DNA from: Acanthaster planci
Lineage: Eukaryota
Length of the DNA: 64,000 nt
Assembly (NCBI RefSeq): GCF_001949145.1
Contig: NW_019091361.1
Location: 434,001 to 498,000, forward strand
Reading direction: 5' to 3'
The notes below the pieces were generated by a model that saw only the letters and a list, made by a program, of their open reading frames with translations, searched no databases and was not told where the DNA came from. Each line of letters opens with the position of its first letter. Position 1 is the first letter of the stretch. Shown in pieces: positions 1 to 11,892 of the stretch. Position numbers and translations under genes: made by a program.

Positions 1-179
1 GTACATACACTGTATGTGCACTTCTGTGCACAAGTCTAAAGTGAACATGGCGCTTTCGTTCTGTGGTTGCGGCAGTACGTCCAGATCAGCATTCATACCA
101 AAGTATTTAAAAAAAATAACCTCCTACCTCCTCGTTTTTTTGCAAATCCAACTGATTTGAAACTATTTTTTAAGTGACC

Positions 180-480
180 TTAGTTTCGTTCCACAGTCTT
201 TTAGTTTCGTTCTATATTTTAGTTTCGTTTTATATTACTAGTTTCGTCCAATATATTATTTCCGTTCTCTAGGCCTATTTATTAGTTTCGTCGTTTATAT
301 ATGAGTTTTGTCGTATATTATTTATTAGTTTTCGTCCGATATATCTATCACCTTTGTCCTTTAAATGTACTTTTGTCTTATATCATGGATTGGTTTTCGT
401 TCTATATGTACTTCTTTCGCACTTTATATATTTGTTTCGTTTTAAATTTAGTTCACTTTCGTCCTATATATTAGTTTCTT
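180..480. repeat. Degenerate AT-rich tandem repeat with TAGTTTCGTT(C/T) core
   Basis: The tagtttcgt / ttttcgt motif recurs every 18-25 bp from 181 to about 480. Confidence 0.6.
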
Positions 481-883
481 CATATCTATTATTTTCATTT
501 TATTATTTTTTTGTAGGCCTACTAATAAAGTCAGAAAGGGTGTCTCATAGATAAGGGGCAAAACTGTACGACCGAACCATACTTTAATAAGCTTCTTCAT
601 CGAGTGGCAAAAGGTACCTTAGAACTCTTTTTTTCTAGGCATAGGCTACACCTTTTGTGGGAAGCACAATTAAAGGTCAACTAGAGAGTAACAACTTGAT
701 ACGGATATAAAAATCACCGAGATACAATGTGGATTGGATCCGAAATCATGCATATTCTTTACAGTAAAATATCAAAACAGTGAGATTACCCTTTACACCG
801 GCACGGCTCCCCTACATATCAACAAATTTTTATACAGCGCTCCTACGTATACAGCTCGATACTGCCATTTCAGTGCACATTAA

Positions 884-1000
884 CTGTCTCTGCCCTAACA
901 GGTACCCATTTTTACTCCTGGGTGAAGAATGACAAGGGGGAATTAAGTGACTTGCCCAAAGTCACATCATGTAACCGGGAGCAGAACCCCTGACGCTGCG
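884..1000 (-). mobile_element. tRNA-derived SINE-like fragment
   Basis: The string ggtacccatttttactcctgggtgaaga...aagtgacttgcccaaagtcac...gaacccctgac resembles the reverse complement of widespread invertebrate SINE bodies with a degenerate B-box head. Recognised by eye only. Confidence 0.45.
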
Positions 1001-1284
1001 GGTTAGCCAGTCACAAACCCGACTCCTATAGTATTTGTCTCACCTTCAGAGACATAGCGGTATAAGGACAGGAGCTCTGGGTTTCATTTCCCAAAATCAA
1101 TGAGCCTGCTCCCAGATCAAAGAGAAAAATATTCAACCTACTAAATAGGCGCATTCGTACGTTAATAATTCAAATGCCATTTCCTTGTCTGAAAAAAATT
1201 CAAAACGTACGCAAAACATGTCTATTTTTTTTAAATAACAATTGGATTCATCGATCACATCCAAGACAACCAAGTAATCGTTTT

Positions 1285-4200
1285 CTATTTTTCATGTAAG
1301 CCGACCATCTCCACACTCAGATCCCAGAGTCTCCGTGCCGCGTCATCATCCAGTGCATGTTGAGAAGGTTCCTTCGGTGCACAGTCGCTATAAGGTAGAA
1401 AAGTGGAAAGAGAAATGATGGGAATCGTTTCATTCAGGTCGCCATTTCGAAAAGTGTATTTCTCTGAGTGTCAGTACTTCCCTGTCATACTCTTCAAATT
1501 CTTAATACAACTGATATCTTGCATTCAATAAAGATATGAATTGAAACGCGGCAGCAATTTCGCACCAAGCGTCCATACACAGTGACAGGAGGGACTACCT
1601 GTTTGCCAACTTGAATTTCACATTGCCTGACTGGAGAATGCGAATTCAGGAAAGTTTCATCCCGGTATGTCAGGGGATCCACTTTAAAGAGGTAAAGTCG
1701 ACAAAGCTATATTGACATGTGGAAGCTATTTTTCCTACTTGTATGAACCACAGCCGTCCACAAAAACTGAGAAAGTTGAAATGAAACTGATAAAGTGTGA
1801 TTCCACTCAGGCTGGAGATGCCCGTATATTTTGGCGGGCTTTTCAGTATCATTCAAGTTTCGTCTAAATTCCCTCGTTAAAATCAAAGAAATGTGTTCTG
1901 AATGGAAAAATACTTCCCAATTACATAAAAAAATCTATTTTTATTTTGCATAAATAAATATGTGTGTAAATGTCACTCAATCACGTTACTGTCACGTGAC
2001 TTGAGCTTGCCAGTTTAGCCTTCCAACCCACCTGAGCAAAGGGTCAATTACAACTGATCAGTATGGCAGGTGCACGCATGCCTTGCTCGTATCCACCGTG
2101 ACAGACACATCGGCTCATAACCTCAGATGTATAATCAATTCGAGTTCTCATCTGAGAGAATTTGTTAGTCGGAAAGCCCGAGGTTAACACTTACGTGGAC
2201 TGATTATGGCAGAAGGTGACCTGCCATGCATTTCACAAACTGCGCCTCCGTGTATCAATCAAAATTATGATAGACATGCACCCTTGGGATAGGACTATGA
2301 GAGTGAAGCATGCAAACGTGACAGGAGGGTAATTTTAGAAGACATTGCCTGGTGTCTCTTATCTCTGCACGTACCTGAAGTATAGTCCTGACGTGTTAAG
2401 AAGCTCCGGAGTTACTGCACAGTGGATGGTTGTCTGGGCCCCTTGTACAGCATTCTTGAACATCCACATGATCGGTGTGAAGCGCAGCACGTTGACGGCA
2501 CGAGCTGCCAGACTACCTGATTCCATCATGTGACGACCCAGTTCAGTTGCTACAACACCTGGATGCACAGCATTCACGGTCACCTCAAACTCTAGATATA
2601 CATCCAAGAGATTTGTCAAATTAAAGTGATTTGACAGACACAATATTACTCTGGGAAAGTAATTTTGGTGTGTGTACTGCCGTCAAGGGTGTCGGGGAAG
2701 CAGCAATGAAGCAAAACGGGTCGTGACGGTACCTGGAACATGTCATCCATTCCTACCGATTCTTTGAACACAAAAACAAATTCATTTATTCGTTTAAGAA
2801 AAGTAATTAATTTTCTTCACTGTGAATCAGTAAAAACCAAAATCAGTCACTTTGCTAACCCGAGTTACAGTAGTTGAGTGTTTTTAAAAGAGGTGATTAA
2901 TACCATTAATTTTCAGGCGTCTGCTGAGTTCCCGTGTAAACAACACATTAGCCAGTTTGCTTTGTCGGTAGGCCTTTCTCCTGTCATATCCTTTGTTCAT
3001 GTGGATGTCGTGCCAGTCTATCTTGCCATAGGCGTGAGAAAGGGAGGAGACATTGATGATGCGGGCTGGGGTGGATGACTTGATGAGATCTAGCAGAAGG
3101 TTGGTTAGGAGGAAGTGACCCAGATGGTTGACACCAAACTGCATCTCGAACCCATCCTCTGTCTTCCACTCTGGACACATCATGATTCCTGTGCGATGTA
3201 TGACAGCATTGGTCAAATCTCACCACATGCATGGCATGTACCTAAGGTACCCAATCAACGTTACACAATCATTATGCAGGCTTTCAATTAAAGGCAACTT
3301 TTCTTCTGATTCTCTGTAAAAAGTAAGGCCATTTTCCCCATATCAATTTACAATCGTAAAATGAAGTTAATTTTGGGTTTTGACATTTGCAGAAATGTTT
3401 CATCATTCCACTGAAATTGTTTTCGTATTCCTCTGCAATATTTGATAGAATTTTACCTGCATTGTTAATGAGAATATCTAGCCTGGACTCTTCTGCTTTG
3501 ATCTTCTCTGCACACTCTCTCACTGAGGCAAGGGAAGCCAAGTCTAGTTTGACCACAGTCAGATTTCTGTTACCAGTGTCTTCTCGGATCTCTGCGAGGG
3601 CAGCCTGTGCTTTGGCCAGATCACGGCACGCTAAAATCACCCGGGCACCTATCAATAAAGTTAACAAGACAAGGCTTGTTTATATTTGCGATTATTCATG
3701 TTTTATCATTTACAGAATTATGTGGTATTTAATTTTAATGAACCAATATTCCATTAGCCCGTTGCTGCACTTTTCATAATACTTGAACAATTTGCAATGA
3801 AGCCACGGGGAGTTAACAGGAAGGGCCGAAGAACAGGAAGGTGTGACTCATTCCCAGGGAAAAGCACTCATTGGTAATAGACTAAAGAACGATGGACACC
3901 AGAAAGGTGTCACTTCTATCCAGTTTCTTCAACTTCCCTTTTTTACTTTTCCTTTTTATTGGTTTAATTTCGAGGAGAGAAGAGCACCTTCTCCCTCTAC
4001 AGCTGCAATAGCTACATTCATGCTAGCATTTGGACACCTGAACATATCCACCGAATAGCAGTAGTATAATTTGGCATATTTTGGTCTGTGTTGACCTCAA
4101 TGCACAATTGGAACTCGCACCTGTAAGACACTTCCGGATAACGAGCATTAACCATGAATATTTGGCAAACAGCACATGAACCAATTCACCTACGCAGTTG

Positions 4201-5704
4201 GCTTTACACAGAGTTTTTCCTACTGTTCTTCGTAGAATCTTTCACACAAACATGAACTTGCAGGTTGTAGCCAATTACCAAGAACCGAAGACGAAGTTTG
4301 TGATTAATCTATTGCACACATCGTACCCCACGTGCAGAAAGCATTAATTAATCTTTTCTGTTTGGTGTACTTTTTTGGATAATCGAGCAGACCTACCTCT
4401 CCTGGCCAGATCTCTGGCTGTCTCCTTGCCTATGCCAGTATTTGCCCCGGTGATGAGGACGGTCTTACCATTTAGACGAGCCTTGCTGTAGCACCATCCT
4501 CCTGCGAGATACCTTCGCAGTAACCATAGCAGCGTCCCTCCAACTGACGATTAAGCAGCCACAATATAAGGATTAACTTTTGAGGGAAACAGTATTGGCA
4601 AATTTGCTCTTTCAAGCACTGGAATAGAGCAGGAACATGTTAGACTTTAATACCAGTTCGACAAATAATTGCGAGCAATATTTGGGGATAATTTGGAGGA
4701 CAACCCACCCCAGTATTCCGACTTAAGATTCGCTCTATCGCCAAACATATGGTTCAATTCAGTGCGTCCTTAGAAACTATTGTTACATGCACAATTACCA
4801 TGAAGAAAGGAGCGGATTATCTTGGAAACAACAGTACATACAAAATTCGGCGTACGTTGGCACTAATCTTGGCTCGTTGTGTTGAAGCAATTGCAACGTC
4901 GATGGCGAGTTGTGAGAAAAGGAATGCATAAAAGTTCAAACAAGTGGACTTATATCCGAAAAGAAATTCCATTTCGCTTTCTGCGAACCTACAGTAGAAA
5001 AGCCACAGTGCTTTCAATACAGGACTGCGAGCAGTTGCTGATAGGGTCAATCATCAGGACAAATACACATATGCAACAAGGTATGAGACGGAGAGAACCC
5101 CCCCTGCTTTGTGTTGGTCATTGTCTCGCACTGTCGCAGGAATCTGGGGAATTCCTTTCAGATATCTTGGGGGGATGTGTTAAGTAACAATAGTCTGGAA
5201 TGTGTACAGGGATTGGACATGTTGGGGGGTACCCCTCGGTCTCATTTCTTGCTGGGTATACAAATACTGACATCTGATATATGAAATACTTTGAATGGTA
5301 GTGTCTGAAAGGTTGGAGAATAAAAGGAAACGACTAGAGTTATTACTTAATAAAACAACACAGCTATACCCAACTTACTTTGACAAGCAGGAAAGCCGGC
5401 ATTAAGCTGTGTGTGTGAGGTATGCCTTGGACCACAGTTGAACGTAAAATTATCTCAACTCACACGGTGTATTATGAAGTTTTATATCCCTGAAGGTAGT
5501 GTGGAGTTGCGCCTGCATTCCACCTCACTGCCTAAGCACTTTTGTATTGTGTATTAGATCGTCATTTATCTTTTCCTAAAGCAACAAGTTTTAGAGCCTT
5601 CTACTCTGTAAAAGGGAGACTAAGATGACTTTCGACTTACCAACAATAAGGGCGCCAAGAACAGGACTGACCCCAAACATTGCAGTTTCATCTCCGGCAG
5701 CCAT
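1285..5704 (-). CDS. Retinol dehydrogenase 11/12/13-like short-chain dehydrogenase/reductase, copy 1 (335 aa, 6 coding exons)
   Basis: Exons on the minus strand: 5704-5641, 4543-4397, 3648-3457, 3188-2904, 2591-2375, 1387-1285. All introns are GT-AG and phase-compatible, total 1008 nt. N-terminal hydrophobic anchor [39 protein letters not shown], then [24 protein letters not shown], catalytic YRQSK (YxxxK), VNAVHPG, GAQT and C-terminal ARRLWDLS. Confidence 0.93.
5068..5260 (+). mobile_element. Isolated internal fragment of the DIRS ORF1 region in intron 1 of RDH copy 1
   Basis: Near-identical to the reverse complement of 24086-24273 ([10 protein letters not shown]...[14 protein letters not shown]), with an extra 8 bp and a few substitutions. 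Confidence 0.9.
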
Positions 5705-7234
5705 TACTAGTAGAATATACAACATGAAACGGATATGCGACCACTACGACATGTGAATGAGGCTGCTCTGTGAAGTGAGTGCGTTGATCCCGAGTATTTA
5801 ATGCTGGACTCAGATAAGTAGACTTGTTCTAAGTCCTGTGAGAGGTCTAAGTGACGCGGACTGAGCAGTATACATGTACATGTAGTATTCCTCTAAGTGA
5901 GGAAATTACTTGTTAAGCTTTCACTTTGTCTAGTTTCTGATTGAATTTATTCATTTGAAATGAGTTCGGAAATTTCACGTGACTAAGCAATAATTGAGTG
6001 CATAAAGGCAATATTAAAGATAATTTTCATGTACATGTATATCCAGACACACCGAGGGTATCATACAGAGACAGAGACCGCCCCTTATAACCCTGTCACC
6101 CCAAAGCCATTAAGCTATACAATCTGCACCCAGGTACTAGATCTCATGTCAAAACGATCCTTCATTTTTTTCCGACCTTTGGTCACCAACTTTTGACTAA
6201 ACAAATCTGCCATAAATTATCAGTAAGTATCACGCTGTGGCATATTACTAGCCTAAGGGCCTGCAGCTTTATGCGTCAAATGTGCCCAAGAATGAACTTA
6301 GTTATATTCTGTTTCGTTTTTGTCATGGCGAAACAATTCTACAGACTAAGACCACAAGTTATGAGGGTCTTCTCATGAAAACTGGGGAAAAGATTTTTCC
6401 CCTATAGCTACATTTCATCAAATTTCATCAAAGAACAGAAAGGCAGAATGGAAAGGCATAAAGAGTATATAGGGCCAACATTATAATGGAAGCAATGCAG
6501 ACCATGGCGTAATTCTTGAAACTGAGGCATAATTGCAAAACTAACTGGATAATTAACTTTATAGTAATTTACTGAAATATTATCTTTAACTACTTTTTGA
6601 GAGTTGGTTCCGAGCCTGATTGCTGACATGCACTGTCGCAAGTCGTGTACCATTTGAAATGCTTAAATGTCACTATAATGACTTGAATATGAGACGGAAA
6701 GCACAGATTATGAACAATAATAATAAACAAGCACCAACATGAAAATTACCTATATTCATTATAAATAAACTGTCATCCGCCTGAAAAATTTCTTCAGAAT
6801 ATTTTTAAAGTAAACAATAATACATGTAACTGAGGACATCTCTTTAATGTGTAGAAAACCGAGCTACAAATGTATTAAGACTGAACCTATAAAGCCAGAG
6901 ACAAATTCAAGAAAGAACAGTCATCAGTGGTGTATCAAGGGTCTTGGGTCCGGGGTAGGCAAATGGATGTTATTTTAAAAACCGAATGCCCATATTTTTA
7001 ATCTACAAAAGAATTCTCATCCCCCTCAAAAGGTGGTAGAACTGTTTCTAACATACTGCTGCTTTTTTAGTAAAAAGTTGCCCACGGGTCTTCCGGGGGC
7101 AATTTGTGCCCCTCCCCCCTTCGCCACCCCTTGTTAATCCTTGATACGTAAATTACACAGATCAACTGTTATAGCAGTGCTGTGGTAGGCGTTTTGTCCC
7201 TATGAGTTGAACTTTCAAAAACCGAGAAGGCCTG

Positions 7235-10200
7235 CTAATTTTCTTGGAGGCCAACCATCTGGGCACTCATGTCCCACAATCTTCGAGCTGCTTCGTCATC
7301 CAAGGCTAGTGGAGCAGGTTTCTTTTGGGCGCAATCACTGCATGGGAGAATAATGGTGAAAAAGAGTAGAGCCTATTCTTCACGTGGAACTTACTCAGTA
7401 ATAGACTGGGTTTGGCAATTATTTTACGTCGATGGGTATAAAGGATAGCCTGCAGACTTAGCATATAATGTTAATGAATGAATTAACATGTTTTGAACTG
7501 TAACTGCAAATTGGCTAAAGTGGATATAGGGTGAACTAAAAGGTTGTTCTTACAAAAAGGCTATAAAGGATACAGGGCGTGGTTCATCTCACGCCATTCC
7601 AGTCGTACGAACGATTAAAAAACAAAGGCGTAGAAGTTTACAAATTTCAGCTTAAAGAATTAGTGTTTAGTACTTAGAATAAAAACATACATTGTGCACT
7701 CAGACGAATGTGCTACAACGTGTGTCGGTGTCAGAATGCTGTTAATAAATGCATTCTGTCATTCAAGCACGATGCCCATAGGAACTAAAGCGGGAGGTAC
7801 TGTATGCCCTCATAACACAAATAGTAGCCAGTGGTCCGTACGTGGCTTACATCTTTTGAAAAAAAATTACCACTTATGAACAATGAGTGACATTTTCTAC
7901 TGACGAAGTTTTTAAGTTCATTGGACGAACACTAGGTGGGAAGAAGCATAGTGTAATATAATTTTCATAAAAAGGACCGCTAGATGAATTTTTACCACTG
8001 TCAAAGTACACCACATCAAGTTTAGGACAGCTTTCCATATGGCAAGGTTCGAATACAAGTAGCAAAGCTTTTTGCAGTTTACAGCAATTTAAAGCTCGTA
8101 GTGAGAGGAAGAAGATACGGAAGCGTATAAGGTCCACTTGCAAATTTTTTGTCGAGTTACTGTCTCGCCGTGGCGAATTACCATCTCGCCGCGAGATAGT
8201 AACTCGACAAAAATTTTGCAAGTGGCCCTTACACGCTTCCGTAATTCCGTAAGAAGATGACACAGCGCCAAGATATAATTATGAAAGTGTCATTGTTGCA
8301 TAGGCTGATATGATTATAAGGGGTGTCCATTTACCCCCAAACTTTCTTTGGTTACCTGAAGTAAAAACCTGAAAAGTGCATGAGTTCCGGAGTTACGGCG
8401 CAGTAGATAGTCGTCTGAGCTCCTTGCACGCTGCTCTTCAAGATCAGTTTGAGGAATGGATAGAATAATTTAAGAGCAATCGCCAGGAGTGCACCCTTAT
8501 TGACCACGTGCCGGCCCAGCTCCGTGGTCACAGTTCCTGGATGTACTGCGTTGACAGAAACCCCGGTGCCTGTGTCAGAGAGTGGCATAATACCAAGTGA
8601 GCAAAAATCAGCATTTTTTTCTGTTCATGTTTTTCATTGGCATTCACAAGGGTTTATCCACTACCAACACTGGGCGAGGGTTCCCCTCGTTTTCTCTGTT
8701 TTCTCTGAATGACGCAATGTACATTCAGAATTCGCATCTTGGTATGAACAGAAAAAAGCCCTTTTTAGATATTTACAGCTGAGCTCTGAAGACAAATTAA
8801 ACTGCATTTGATTTGGATGCTTGGCCATATTTATTTGAACAGATAAAATCAGAGAAAACATGTTTTCCTTAGAGGCGCTCTTTAACTTCTGCAGAATTAA
8901 GTTGCCCTAGGCTCGAATGACATTTGCTGACCTTTACGTTTTAGTCGCCTGCTAAGTTCCCGTGTAAACAGCACGTTGGCCAACTTGCTCTGAGTATAGG
9001 CTTTTCCACTATTATATCCTTTTCGCATGTGAATGTCGTCCCAGTCTATCTTGCCGTATTCGTGAGCAAGGGAGGAGACATTGATGATGCGGGCTGGGGT
9101 GGATGACTTGATGAGATCTAGCAGAAGGTTGGTTAGGAGGAAGTGACCCAGATGGTTGACACCAAACTGCATCTCGAACCCATCCTCTGTCTTCCACTCT
9201 GGACACATCATGATTCCTGTGCGATGTATGACAGCATTGGTCAAATCTCACCACATGCATGGCATGTACCTAAGGTACCTNNNNNNNNNNNNNNNNNNNN
9301 NNNNNNNNNNNNNNNNNNNNNNNNNNNNNNNNNNNNNNNNNNNNNNNNNNNNNNNNNNNNNNNNNNNNNNNNNNNNNNNNNNNNNNNNNNNNNNNNNNNN
9401 NNNNNNNNNNNNNNNNNNNNNNNNNNNNNNNNNNNNNNNNNNNNNNNNNNNNNNNNNNNNNNNNNNNNNNNNNNNNNNNNNNNNNNNNNNNNNNNNNNNN
9501 NNNNNNNNNNNNNNNNNNNNNNNNNNNNNNNNNNNNNNNNNNNNNNNNNNNNNNNNNNNNNNNNNNNNNNNNNNNNNNNNNNNNNNNNNNNNNNNNNNNN
9601 NNNNNNNNNNNNNTTCAATAAAGTTAACAAGACAAGGCTTGTTTATATTTGCGATTATTCATGTTTTATTATTTACAGAATTATGTGATATTTAATTTTA
9701 ATGAACCAATATTCCATTAGCCCGTTGCTGCACTTTTCATAATACTTGAACAATTTGCTATGAAGCCACGGGGAGTTAACAGGAAGGGCCGAAGAACAGG
9801 AAGGTGTGACTCATTCCCAGGGAAAAGCACTCATTGGTAATAGACTAAAGAACGATGGACACCAGAAAGGTGTCACTTCTATCCAGTTTCTTCAACTTCC
9901 CTTTTTACTTTTCCTTCCTTTTTAATTTCGAGGAATTCCGCTTTTGCCTGATCAAGGCACGCTAAAATTACCCGTGCACCTGTGGTATGGTATGTGACTG
10001 CATCTATTTCATTCTTTTTATGAAACTGCAAACTGCCGTCAAAATGAAACAAATGTACTTTTTGCATTAGGTCTACATGGATATGGCACAGGGGTACACC
10101 GTCATAAAGGTATAGCACAGGGTTGCCATGCATGTCCCGGACTCACAGCGGGGGGGAGGGGGAGTAGTGATCAAATCCATTTAGAAGTTGAGCAGCTTTG

Positions 10201-10773
10201 AAGAACCTGTCATAGTGACGCAATGTCATTGAGTGGCAACTCAGTATTAAATACAGAGCAAACAAATATCGGTTATGACTATCTACGGAAATAACGTCCA
10301 GTTATGGGAATATAAAAGGAATTGGTTCGTGGCTACGTCCATTTGCATACTATAGCAAAGCATGAATGTTACTACTGGACGCATGTCAAGATTTCAGACC
10401 CCGGCCACTCTACATCACAAAAATGAACCTACCTCTCTTTGCTAGGTCTCTGGCTGTCTCCTTGCCTATGCCTGTGTTTGCTCCAGTGATAAGGACTGTC
10501 TTACCATCCAAACGAACTTTACTGTAGCACCATCCTCCCGCAAAGTATCGCCTCAGAAGCCACAAGACAGTAAAAACGACTACAAAAAAATGGAATGTAG
10601 AGAAATTGTTCGATTTGGGGTGCATTTTGTAAATTGATATAGCTCTATGGATTTGGAATTACAATAATATCGCAATTTCAACTTTCAAAACTCAAATGCA
10701 ACCTACCGGGAACTACTGACCAAGCGACAGGAGTAGTGCTCCAGTTGGCAGCTGGATGAGTAGATGTAGTCAT
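7235..10773 (-). CDS. Retinol dehydrogenase 11/12/13-like SDR, copy 2 (one exon presumed inside the N gap; chimeric with copy 1)
   Basis: Exons on the minus strand: 10773-10707 ([22 protein letters not shown]), 10579-10433 (TGANTGIG), exon 3 expected in gap 9281-9613, 9216-8938 (YTQSK), 8569-8356 (VNAVHPG, GAQT), 7337-7235 (ARRLWDMS, stop). Same exon phases as copy 1, with identical 147-nt and 103-nt exon sizes. Confidence 0.85.
8118..8241. mobile_element. 124-bp hairpin MITE with CGGAAGCG...CGCTTCCG termini and TA target duplication
   Basis: TA|cggaagcgtataaggtccacttgcaaatttttt gtcgagttactgtctcgc ... gcgagatagtaactcgacaaaaattttgcaagtggcccttacacgcttccg|TA forms a near-perfect inverted repeat. 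Confidence 0.8.
8637..8885 (-). repeat. Dispersed repeat copy, inverted relative to 19897-20131
   Basis: ggcattcacaagggtttatccactac...ttttccttagaggcgctctttaa is the diverged reverse complement of ttaaagagcacctctaaggaaa...gtagtggataaacccttgtgcatgcc. The TTAAAG end is suggestive of a Kolobok-type non-autonomous element. Confidence 0.7.
9935..9979 (-). pseudogene. Orphan 5-prime stub of the original exon 3 of RDH copy 2
   Basis: Has its own acceptor (ccacag) followed by [15 protein letters not shown], then switches abruptly at about 9934 to sequence matching copy-1 intron 2. Read-through stops at 9879. Confidence 0.8.
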
Positions 10774-11892
10774 AATGCAGTCTACAGCAATAAGCACAGG
10801 CCCTACAGCAGAAAAAAAAGGCAAACTGTCTTGAGAGAATCCAAGCTTGTACCAGAAATGCTGTCTCCAGTGAACCCTGGCGAGCTGTGGATCTCTGCAC
10901 ACCTCAAGTGATTGTGTGACTGAATTGTAATGTAGTCTTACAATCAGATCATACATGTATTATTCTTTTTATGGCAGTTCACTGTGCGTTATGTCAAACG
11001 AAATTGTAATTTGACCCACACTTTGAGCATGTGATCGAAAGGCCCTTTGGACTTCAGCCTTTAGGAAACACACAGACCTTTATTTGTGCATAGCTATAGT
11101 TTCAGCTGCTCGTAATTTTCTAAGGGAACAGCCTAGGAAAATTAAACCAACAGTTCAAAATTATGCGGGTATACCAGGAAAAATATCATTAAGTTCCTCA
11201 GTAGATAGCTATTATTCAAAAGCAGCTCCTGAAAAATTCCCAAAAGTCACATTTGTGAGCTGCCTCAGTCTGTACGTCTTTTCAGCTTCTTGATTGTGCT
11301 CATATGTGTTTTAGATGGGGGACAACCGGGAGGGGTATATGGTCATCGCTTTGGGTACTGTGTCTCCCCTGCGCTCTCTCCCGTCCCCGAGGTTACATTA
11401 CTGATGGGTGAGCGTCAGTTTTACTTAACTGTAATTATTTTTAAGCCATTAAAGATTCCAGGGCTGTAGCTGCGTCTACTGTCAACGTCCCCGCGTATTT
11501 TCAATGGGCGCAGACGTGACCTACCAATACCGTGAATCGACCTACCTCTAAGGCCTTCAAGAAAAAGAGGAGTATGACCACGGGCTGCACGAAGGAAAGG
11601 TTTAAATTCAACCACTGAATACGCAGTTGCGTTGCCATACGACGTATGACGTATCAATTTAGTTGCCAGTCGCGGTCCATGTGAATACTCCTTCCAGAAT
11701 AATAAGATATGAGACACGAGTTGGGGTCTTGTTCCTTCCCCTTTTTCTATTGAAGCACGTACGTAGAAAGACTCTACCTTTTAAAAAATGCCACAAAAAA
11801 NNNNNNNNNNNNNNNNNNNNNNNNNNNNNNNNNNNNNNNNNNNNNNNNNNNNNNNNNNNNNNNNNNNNNNNNNNNNNNNNNNNNNNNNNNNN

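Noticed and set aside
9143..9695. Long ORFs here and at 11659-11944, 17015-17690 and 59607-59870
   Set aside because: They are open only because they run through N gaps.
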